This document shows, piece by piece, positions 21,549 through 31,073 of a stretch of 43,468 nucleotides of DNA. The position numbers were made by a program, and so were the translations under genes. Under the pieces are notes generated by a model. That model had not been told where the DNA came from and searched no databases. It was given only the letters and a program-made list of their open reading frames with translations. The DNA is from Neovahlkampfia damariscottae (lineage: Eukaryota): contig JABLTG010000159.1 of assembly GCA_016618085.1 (NCBI GenBank), positions 1 through 43,468 on the forward strand, read 5' to 3'. How positions within the stretch are numbered: position 1 is the stretch's first letter; the number at the start of each line of letters is the position of its first letter.

Positions 21549-23019
21549 TTAACCTTGTGGTAATGATATTACATTTGTCAAAGTCAAAATTTGTATGATG
21601 GTAATTGAAAGACCAAAAACAACTCCTATCAATAAAAGAAGATAAGCTACAATGCAAGACCAATGAAACCATCCATTTTTTGTCAATTTAATGTAAAATA
21701 AAGCGGGGAATATATAACTTGTACATGCACTGGCTGTTGATCCAGTCAAAGAAAATACAACATCGACTTGAGGAAAATAAATAGCCAAAAAATATCCTGA
21801 AAAAATAATAATAAATGTTTCTAAAAACCCTCTGATATTTTCCCAAATTGTTGATTTTGGATTTGTAAATTTTTTTAAATATTTTTCAAAAGGACTCGCC
21901 AATGAAATGATAATATTGTCAAATGATAATCTACATGGAAATACAGTCATTGGAAAAGTTAAAAATATAGTTAAACAAAAAACAGCAGTGAATAAAATAT
22001 TATACCAATGTGAAAAATCTAAACTCTCTAATAAATTTCCACGAGTGTTTTGAAGGAATGCTAAATATCCAAAAACACCACACAATGAATAAACAAAGAA
22101 ATCAATAAATACATTACTTGCAATAGCATATCTTATTTTATCAGAGTTCTTTATTTCAAATTCACTATTTTTTTGAGAAATCAATAAAAATAAAAATGAT
22201 TTACCAATGAATTGCACATAAATTTGTATGAGCTGCAAATGAAAATGTTATAATACCCAAAACCCTCAACATGGATATATTAAATTTATAAAAATAAATT
22301 TGTCCATCAGTTGATTTATCACCTAATCCATTTAAAACAAAACCAATAATTAAATAAATGACAAACGAAAAAACAGCAGTCAAAGAAATATAACTTATAA
22401 ATCTTAATTGAGACATTTTCTTAATTAAACAAAGAAAGAAAACTGGTACTATAAATAATAAAGTTGCATAAAAAATATTTGATAATAATGAACGTTCTCC
22501 TAAAAGTTGAACAAAAATTCTTTTTGATAATTGTCCTATAATAATAGTATAACTGATAGTAGCTCCAAAATTAATAAAAACAATACAAATTTTAACAATG
22601 AAAGCCATAATAGTTCCATAAGTATGATAGCCAATATCTTCATAATCCTTTGCTTTTAAGTTTTTTTGAAGCATCAATTTGTGTGAATATCTTAAATATT
22701 CAAGAGAAATAAATGAAATTATTGCTCCTAAAAATAAAACAAAAACTCCGATACCTAATCCAACTTCACGAAAAACAAAAGGTACTCCAAGAATACCTGA
22801 ACCAACTGTTGAATTTATGAGATTAAAAGTAGCTCCTAAATATGAATTTGTGTATGATACTGGTTCCAGAAGTTCTGATTTTTTTTCTTCTACAATCAAA
22901 GTTTCAGTGATTTCAATTGACGGTTCTTCAGTTGGTATATCAAATATTTCCATTTCTTTTGTTTCATTATTTTGTGTTTCTGATGAAATCAGATTTTCAA
23001 GGTCTGCATCATTTTCCAT
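21549..23019 (-). CDS. Amino acid transporter (AAAP/SLC38-like, Aa_trans)
   Basis: ATFNLINSTVGSGILGVPF, FSFAAHTN, FGYLAF, SYIFPALFY. One short intron near 22173-22203. Confidence 0.92.
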
Positions 23020-23129
23020 CAGTCTCTACTGGATTTTTTTAAACCACCAATGAAACCGCTTATTTGAGCAAATTAAAGGTAAATCAAACCATCGTTGGAT
23101 AACCAAATCACCAGGTGTTACTAAAAAAA

Positions 23130-23993
23130 CACTCCAATCCAAGAACAAGTTCATACATCAATTGAAGTTTCTGGACATCAACTAGAACTTCAACATCATT
23201 CTCATTGTGGTAATGAACATATCCTCCCGAACATTGAAAAAAAAGACAGTTCCACTTCAGTTTGTGATAACCCAACAACAAGAAACACATTCACCACCAA
23301 ACCAAATCGAAAACTCAAGTTGCATTGGATAATTGTACTACATGGTCAAATGAAGCTGCACAAAGAATTGGTGAATCCACTGGTCTTATTAATAGAGTTT
23401 ACCAAAATGTTGGAATTTCATTCAAATCCTATTTCACATTTTATCCGTGCAGAGGTTCAGATGGTCGCTCAGATTACTCAACATTTGACCCAAATAAAGT
23501 AGTTTCAGCTGTACTCAAGGAAAAAGGATCAAACTTCAGGTCTGCTGGTGCATTTATTCTCATTGTTGGAGTACCTTCTGAAACTCGTCTTTCAGGATTT
23601 ATGGTTAGTTACATCATTTTTAATATTTTTTTAAAGTAGTTTCCTTTTAATTCAAATTCTGGGATTGGATTCATGAATAAAGATGTAGTCAATGGAAGAT
23701 CACCGACTCTTCCTCATCAACTTGGACATGGTCTTGGATTATTTCAGTAATTTTAATTATTCATTAACATCTTCATTACAGTACATTTAGAGGAATCAGT
23801 GAAGTTAGACAATATTCACAATGCTATGAATCCACTCCTTCAAATTCTACAGGTGATCTTTGCGAAGATACTACACTAACACCAAGAAATTGGGCGTGTC
23901 AAGCTCGCCTTCTTGCAACTGGACAATATGTAGATCAATCCACGTCGTATTTCTTGGAATAACCCATATTTAAATACAATGAATGCCAATTAA
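23130..23993 (+). pseudogene. Pappalysin-like (M43) metalloprotease remnant
   Basis: Spliced TLPHQLGHGLGLFH|TFRGISEV..CYESTPS..TGDLCEDT closely resembles the pappalysin zinc site but with E->Q. No proper start, a frameshift near 23330 and another before the Met-turn region. Confidence 0.75.
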
Positions 23994-24077
23994 AACGAAT
24001 TCGTTGTAGTAAGTTGATCAATTAATTTATTTTTTTAGACCTTGCAAATAATTTAAAATGGCTCAAAGATAATTAAA

Positions 24078-25200
24078 TTATTCAGTTTTTTCAATTTTTT
24101 CATTTTCTTTTGATTTTTTATCGTCATCTTGTTTTTCTAATTTTTCCAATGCTTCTTTGAATGATTTTGTATGCTCAGGAATTATTTTTGAAAAATCATC
24201 AAACCATTCCAATTCTTTCATTAATTCAATAATTTTAACTTGACAATCACCTAAGAGACTAACATTTCTTTTTGATTCAGTACAAAATGGACCAACTTCA
24301 TCCATATTAATTAAAATTCTTGGAATATGATTTGGTACCCTTGTGGCAATAGAAGCAAATGGATGAACAACCAATGATGTTCCAATTACAATTAATAAAT
24401 CAGTATTTTTCATATCATCAGGTAAAAGATCATGAAATTTTTCAGGTAATCCTTCACCAAAAAATGTAATGTCAGGTTTAACAAGTCCTTTGCATTTATC
24501 ACATGTTGGTATTTTGTCATCAAAAATTTCATCTTTGATCCATTCTTTTGAGAATGGTTTTTTACAGTCAACACAATGTCCATTTGCAAAACAACCATGT
24601 GCTTCAACAACGTTTTCTTCGTTCATTCCAGTTACTCTTTCAAGTGTATCAATGTTTTGTGTATAATTTCTGAGTAAAACACCTTTTTGTTCTAAAAGTT
24701 TTATAAAGTAGTGACAAGGTGTTGGTTCAAAGTTTGTAGGCCACATTTCTTTTGCTAATACACAAAATGGTTTTGGATTTTCTTTGAAATATTCAATATC
24801 AAAAATGGCTTCAGCATAAGGTAAGTTATATTTTTGAAGATTATCATAAAGACCTGTTCCTTTTGTTCGAAAATCTGGAATTCCAGCTGCTGTTGAAATA
24901 CCAGCTCCAGTCATAACTAAGAGTTTAAAAAAAATGAAAATTTTTAAACCTAGAATTTTTTGTGGTTTTTTATTTTTAATGTATGAAGAAACGCCTTTTA
25001 AATCATATGTTTCGAATAATTGTTCTTTGATTTCTTCTTCTGGTTCTTCTTGCTCTTTTTGTTGCAAACTTAATTGCATGAGTAATTGCATTAATTCTTC
25101 TAATTTAATTTATTTTTGTTTTACCTTCTTCACTCATATCTTCTAGTCCATTTTCTTTTGCAAATTCGTTCAGAACTTCCTTTATTTGTTGTTGAGACAT
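24078..25200 (-). CDS. NAD-dependent deacetylase, class I sirtuin (SIRT2/Hst2-like)
   Basis: GAGISTAAGIPDFR, YTQNIDTLE, EAHG, Zn CxxC/CxxC, KPDITFFGE, GTSLVVHPF. Introns near 25098-25124 and 24917-24949. Confidence 0.95.
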
Positions 25201-25485
25201 TTTGATGATGATTGGATCAGAAAATCTAAAATTAAATCAAAGTTCGGAAATTTATTCTTGAACGAATTCTTTCAAAAAAAAAAAAGAATTCCCAAAACAA
25301 TTTTTTTCAATCAATAATTTCATTTGAAAAAAGAAAAATTCCTACAACATGTAAAAAGAGGTACTGTTAGTAAATTTGACATCAAATGTCTCAAAGGGAC
25401 AACGCAGGACATAAAAAGATGATCAACTTAGCAGCAACAGTGATAAAAGTCTCAAGTGTGGTGAAAAAAAGAGAAATATTTATTT

Positions 25486-26682
25486 TTAGATTAAATCAGA
25501 TAAATTTTCCGGCATTTTTTGAATATTAGTTTCATAATATTTTTCTAATTCTTTCAAATCTCTTAAATCAAATTGAGTAACAAAATTAATTGCAACTCCT
25601 TTTCTTCCATACCTACCTGATCTTCCAATTCTATGAATGTAATTTTCAACGTTTCTTGGTAAATCATAATTGATAACCAATGAAACATGATGAATATCAA
25701 TACCACGAGCTAGAATGTCAGTAGCAATTAAAATTCTAGTTTTTGAATTTCTGAAATCTTTCATGATCAATTGTCTTTGATTTTGATCCATGTCACCATG
25801 AATCGAAGATACTGTGAAATTTTGTTCATTTAATTGTGAAGCTAATTGATCAACTCTTTTTTTTGAATTAACAAAAATGACACATTGACAAATAGTGATT
25901 GTCTTGTAAATATCACAAAGTACTTCAAATTTTTGATAATCTCTATCACCACAGCAAATATAATATTGTTTAATTCCTTCTAAAGTTAATGCTTCTTTTT
26001 TCACTAAAATTTGAATAGGATCAATCATAAATTTTTGAGTGATTTCTAAAACATCTGGTGGCATTGTGGCACTGAATAAACAAACTTGCATTTTTTCAGG
26101 TAAAAATTGAAAAATTTCATAAATTTGATCTTTGAAACCGATTGATAACATTTCATCTGCTTCATCAATTGCTAACATTTTTAAAGTGTTCACATTCATA
26201 CAACCATCTGAAATCATATGAATTACTCTTCCTGGTGTACCTACTACGATTTGAACTCCTTCTTTTAATGCTAATATATCATCTTTGACATTGGTTCCTC
26301 CAACGCAAAGTAAAGTTTTGATGTTCAAGCGTTCACCTAAACTTAAAAGGACTAATTGAATTTGTTGAGCTAGTTCTCTTGTTGGTGCTAATATAATACC
26401 TTGTAATTTCTTTTCATCAAAATCTAAATTTTGAAGCATTGAAATAGTGAAGGTTCCAGTCTTTCCTGTTCCTGAATGAGCTTGTGCAATAATATCCTTA
26501 GAGGTAGTAATTATTGGTACTATTGCTTTTTGTTGGATTTTTGATGGTTTTTCAAATCCATAGCTATAGATTCCTCTTAAAAGTTCTTCTTTGAGATTCA
26601 TATCATCGAATTCTTTGTATTCTTTGATATCTGTTTGTTCTGTTGATTTTTTGTTTTCTTGTGTTTGTTGTGTGAGTTTCAT
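25486..26682 (-). CDS. DEAD-box RNA helicase, eIF4A family (intronless)
   Basis: [47 protein letters not shown]. Confidence 0.93.
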   Translation of the reverse strand: MKLTQQTQENKKSTEQTDIKEYKEFDDMNLKEELLRGIYSYGFEKPSKIQQKAIVPIITTSKDIIAQAHSGTGKTGTFTISMLQNLDFDEKKLQGIILAPTRELAQQIQLVLLSLGERLNIKTLLCVGGTNVKDDILALKEGVQIVVGTPGRVIHMISDGCMNVNTLKMLAIDEADEMLSIGFKDQIYEIFQFLPEKMQVCLFSATMPPDVLEITQKFMIDPIQILVKKEALTLEGIKQYYICCGDRDYQKFEVLCDIYKTITICQCVIFVNSKKRVDQLASQLNEQNFTVSSIHGDMDQNQRQLIMKDFRNSKTRILIATDILARGIDIHHVSLVINYDLPRNVENYIHRIGRSGRYGRKGVAINFVTQFDLRDLKELEKYYETNIQKMPENLSDLI

Positions 26683-26883
26683 TTTTTTGGTGTCTTTTCC
26701 AAAAACATTTCCAACTTTTATACATGCTGGTTTGGTGCAAATCTATGAAGTAAAAACAAACTTGATTGGTAGAAAAAAATGATTCAGATTAAATTTGTAA
26801 ACTAACTCATTGTTAATAATCTTCACTCTTCACTTCTGATTGAGTAACAATAACGACAAAAATATAATTTTAATTAATTTCAT

Positions 26884-27243
26884 TTATTGAAAATAAATTA
26901 TCAATCCAATGATGACTCCTGAAATAATGATACCAGGTGACAATAAGTAAAGAGCTTCTGAAGTTTCTCTGATTTCAATTTTTCTTGTTGAGAGAAGAAA
27001 AAAGCATGAAGTTACAAATGAACATGTTATGATTATCATTGAAATAATTGAATAATAGAAAAACTTTCAAATATTTTTTGGTGGACTGACAATTATTGTT
27101 TTTGTTGTTGTAGTTTTTTCCAAATTTTTTATTTTTTCATAAAGAATTCTTTCATTCATTTTGCAGCCTTCCAATTCTTCATAACAGATTTCAGAAAGAA
27201 CTATACTTGAATATATTAAAAGAATCATTAATAACAACTTCAT
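26884..27243 (-). pseudogene. 119-codon signal peptide + coil + 2-TM protein with a single in-frame TGA (copy 2 of the duplicated segment)
   Basis: MKLLLMILLIYSSIVLS...PPKNI*KFFYYSIISMIIITCSFVTSCFFLL...LLSPGIIISGVIIGLIIYFQ*. Copy 1 has TGG at the TGA position. Confidence 0.65.
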
Positions 27244-27748
27244 TGGGACAAACTTTCTATTTGTTTGTTCAACACAACTCACCAATAAAAAATCATCAGA
27301 AGCAAAAAAAAAATGTCCAATGAAATCGGTTTTTGTTTTCTGTTTTCATCATTTCTCATTTTCGTTTGTGATTTTCTTTAAAAAACTCACCAAAATACAA
27401 GTCACAAACTTGAAACCTACATGACTGTTTCTGCTATCTCACAAATTGTTCAAGAATCTGTTGTGGAAAAGATGTCGAAGACACTTCAGTTGTGGATTTC
27501 ATGATAAACTCAAATATGACACTTCAAATTGAAAGACAATTAGGAGAAGCTTTTCAAGAGCAAGAATTTTCAAACCCAAACGGACTTGATCATTGAAACT
27601 TTACAAGCAACAGAAAACCCTCATTTAGTCACCCTATAGGGTGTCATTTAGTCGTTTTGGAAAAAGAAAAAGTTGAAGCATTTGCAAATTTCTCACAAAA
27701 AAACAACAGGTGATATCATTCACCTGTTGATATCAAACCGCATAAAAT

Positions 27749-28714
27749 TTATTCATTACAATCCTTTTCAATGATTTTGATGTTTGAAATTTTTTGTTGG
27801 AACGGAAATATAATGTTTTCTTCAATTTCTGTTTCTTTTTGAGCTGAAATAATTTCTTTCATTGATTCTGGTTGGAAATTTGGAACAATAAATGTATCTA
27901 AATTTTCATTTCTTTTTTCTTCATTTGAAAAATTAATTAAATTTGATAATAAATCATTTGATACCAATTTTTTTGAAACTTTCAATTTCGGTTTCAGATT
28001 TTGAATTTTCAATTTCTCTGAGTCATTTTTTTCGTAGTTTTGAAATATTTCTTTATTTTGATCACTAATTATGTTCAATTCAAATCCATTCTTAAATTTT
28101 TCTATCAAATACTCAATTTTTGAACTTTGAATCTTTGGTAATTCATCATTGGAAAAATCATCATTTTTTCGAATTTCCTTTGACAAGACACCAACAATAG
28201 AATCAACATTTTTTGATCTTTCAATCAAATTTTCAACATTCTTCAAACCATTTTTTCTATTTTTCAACTGTTCAAATTCTTTGTTTTTCATTTGAAAATT
28301 TAACATAATTTCTTTTAACTCTTCTTTTGTTTTGCATAATTTTTGTGAATTCTTATTTTTCAAAAATAACAATTCTTTCTTTATTTTTTGTTTATAAATT
28401 ATCAAATTATCATTATTTTTGATGTCAACTTCATGATTAACATGGTTCAAAATAAAACATTCCGAACAAATATCTTTTTGACATTGAAAACAAAAATAAT
28501 TTAAAGTTAAATTGTGTTCTATACAATTTTTTTCTTGATATTCTTTTATTTTTTCTTTTTTGTGTTTTTGTTTTTTCAATCCTAAGTGTTGTTGAGAAAA
28601 ACATTTCTTGCAGAATGTATCAACACAACTAGAACAAGAATACTCAATTTCATCACTTTCACAGTGCTCTTTAAATTAGAGAATTTTTGAAATACCACAG
28701 ATCGAAACCACCAT
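27749..28714 (-). CDS. Tandem B-box zinc finger + coiled-coil protein
   Basis: A 27-nt intron (28669-28695) yields MVVSICEHC...CSSCVDTFCKKCFSQQH (B-box 1), followed by CIEH...FCFQCQKDICSECFILNHVNH (B-box 2). Confidence 0.8.
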
Positions 28715-28770
28715 TTTTCAAATAAATTTTGATTGGTAATTTAAGATTTTTATTTTTTTATAATATTTCA

Positions 28771-30313
28771 TTATTGTTGTGAATATTTATCAACTTTTTG
28801 TCCATTTTTCAAAAAAATTTCTCTTTTTTTTGTTTCAGGATTGTATCTTTCTTTCATTCCATTTTCAAAAATAGTTTCTTTAATTCCATCAGATAAATAT
28901 AATATTTTTGTTCCATTTGGTAATGCTTGAATTCTTGACCCATCTTTAAAATTCTTTGAACATGCACCTGATCGTAAATAGTAAAATGCCATCACAAAAT
29001 TCTTATTCAAATCTGCATTGATTACATGATACAAACCATTATGATGTTTATAATTGATAATTGAATCTTTTGGAATAATCTGATTTAACAGTTATAATTT
29101 CAAAGGTTGACTTACTTCTTTATGATCTGTATTTCTAAATTTATAAACAGTCTTTTCTTTCAAATAAATTTTTGATTGACCTGTTATTGGACAATATACA
29201 ACTTTCTTCCCAGATGCCAATTCAATAATAATACCAGTTGTAGTCTTTTTTTTATGAACAACAGGATCATCAGAATCAACATACTTTTCTGTTTTCCATT
29301 TTCTAACATTAGCCACTGCTTGAATGAATGATTTTCTCAATAGTTTAAATTCTTCATCAAATGATAATTCAATTTCAAAGAGAGATGGATCATTTTCAAA
29401 CATTTGTTTTTTATCTTCATTTACTCTTTCTTGTAATATTTCTTTTTCAAGTAATTCTAGTTCTTGTTCTGCTGTTAAATTTTCGACACCTTCAATTTCT
29501 AATTTTTCTAATTCTCTTTGTGAATGAGTTTTCAATGCTTCTTCTTCCATTGTTTCTTCATTAATTTCTTTAATTAATAAATCTTCTTCAAGGTTAATAA
29601 TTTCAGGTGTGTCTTCAATTTCTTTAATTTCTGGATTTTCTATTAATTGTTCAATTTGATATTTAACTGTTTCATCTTGTTTAGGTGTATTTACATTATT
29701 TTCTTCTTTTTTTGGTGTCAAATCTAAAAATTTACTTGAACTTTGAGATGAATGTTTGAAACTATTTCCAATTGAATTTGTAACTTCAGCTAAAACGAAA
29801 AAGTTAAAATTCATTATAAATAAGATTACCTATTAAATTATAAGCAGAACCCCACCTAACAGGATCTAAAAAACTTCCACTTCCAGAAGAAGCAGGTGAA
29901 TAAATTTTTTCTTTTTTTTCAGGATCATCATAAAAAAGTTCTGGATGTTTTTGTTCGTATCCTGGAATCTTTGGTTCATTATAAATAATTTCTGAATTGG
30001 ACTTTGAAATTCTTTGAGGGGTTCTTGAAAAAATACTTTCCTTTCTTTCACTATTTGTTTGTTGATTTTTTAAAGCATTTTCTTGAGCTAACAGACGTAG
30101 TTTTTGTAAACTAATCTCTTGTTTTTTAGGTGTTTCTACTTTATTTGTTGTTGGTGTTTTTATTTTCAACAGTTGAGAATAATATTCAATTGTCTGTTGT
30201 ATTTTTTGTATTTTATTCTGATCTGGATTATTTGAATCCACTAGTGTTTTTTGATATTTTAAAAGATCTAAAAGTCGTTCTTCAATTTCTGATTCTTTCA
30301 AGAACGAAGACAT
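28771..30313 (-). CDS. SAS-4/CPAP/TCP10 C-terminal (G-box) domain protein
   Basis: Three exons; glycine-turn beta-hairpin repeats YKFRNTDHKE|IIP...SGACSKNFKDGSRIQALPNGTK..LSDGIKETIFENG...LKNGQK align by eye with the CPAP TCP domain. Confidence 0.7.
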
Positions 30314-30341
30314 TGCCACTCTTTTTTTTATTGAAACAACT

Positions 30342-30349
30342 GACCAATC
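30342..30349. promoter_or_regulatory. CCAAT box (GACCAATC) in the 70-nt divergent promoter between the SAS-4-like and Mrr-like genes; representative of a window-wide motif
   Basis: The same motif lies upstream of nearly all start codons in the window (see findings). Confidence 0.65.
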
Positions 30350-30383
30350 AACTCAAAAATTCAAGTATAAAAAACTACCGTTG

Positions 30384-30944
30384 ATGATTTTTAAAAAGAA
30401 ACCACCAACCAGCTATAAAAAAGGATTAAATTTTGAAAAGAGAATAGTTAGACTTTATCAAAGATTAGGTTGCTGGAATGTAAAACATGATGTTAAATTG
30501 AAAGATAAATTCGGAAATTTATCACAGGTGGATGTAACTTTTGTACGATTTTTTCGAACATTTTATGTAGAATGTAAGGCATATGAAAGTTCAGTGAAAT
30601 TAGAAGAAGTTTCAAAGTTCAAAGAAGTTTTAACACTAAACGGTATTCCTCTTTCAAGAGGTATTTTTATAACGACATCAAGTTTTGTTCCAAGAGCGAA
30701 GACCATTGGAATAAAGACAATTGATGGTGAAGAACTCAAAATTTTAGAAAAGAAATCAAAAAAAAGAAGTTTCAAAATTAAGTTAATCTACTCTTGTCTA
30801 TTACTCATAATTTGTTCAATATTTTATCTTCAGTCTATAAATTCTGAGACTATGAATATGAATGAATTCGAAAAAGTTTTTGGAGATATGAAAAAAAGAA
30901 TGAAAGAAATTTACGAGAATTTGTTAAAAAAAATAAAAAATTGA
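30384..30944 (+). CDS. Mrr_cat-type PD-(D/E)xK restriction-endonuclease-fold protein with C-terminal TM helix
   Basis: GLNFEKRI..LY..LG; QVDV...YVECKAY; GIFITTSSF...IDGEEL; TM IKLIYSCLLLIICSIFYL. Intronless. Confidence 0.8.
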   Translation: MIFKKKPPTSYKKGLNFEKRIVRLYQRLGCWNVKHDVKLKDKFGNLSQVDVTFVRFFRTFYVECKAYESSVKLEEVSKFKEVLTLNGIPLSRGIFITTSSFVPRAKTIGIKTIDGEELKILEKKSKKRSFKIKLIYSCLLLIICSIFYLQSINSETMNMNEFEKVFGDMKKRMKEIYENLLKKIKN

Positions 30945-31073
30945 GAACACCAATTTGAAAAAATTTGAAAATGACACTTTTTTGATGTTGTGCAGAATTT
31001 TCGAACTTCTTCAAATTTAATTTTCCACCAATAGTATTCACCCACGCTGTTTTTTTTTTCCGCACCAAACAAA

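Noticed and set aside
25330..25480. Possible ncRNA or gene fragment between the sirtuin and eIF4A
   Set aside because: Slightly GC-richer, but there are no clear C/D, H/ACA or tRNA motifs and no long ORF.
27067..27069. TGA reassigned to Trp or Sec (alternative genetic code)
   Set aside because: TGA terminates well-supported genes here (ERI1-like, NTH1, PreY, Mrr-like), conserved Trp positions use TGG, and the paralogous codon is Trp rather than Cys.
27631..27643. Interstitial telomere repeat (CCCTA/TAGGG)
   Set aside because: Only a single incomplete unit per side; better explained as a palindrome.
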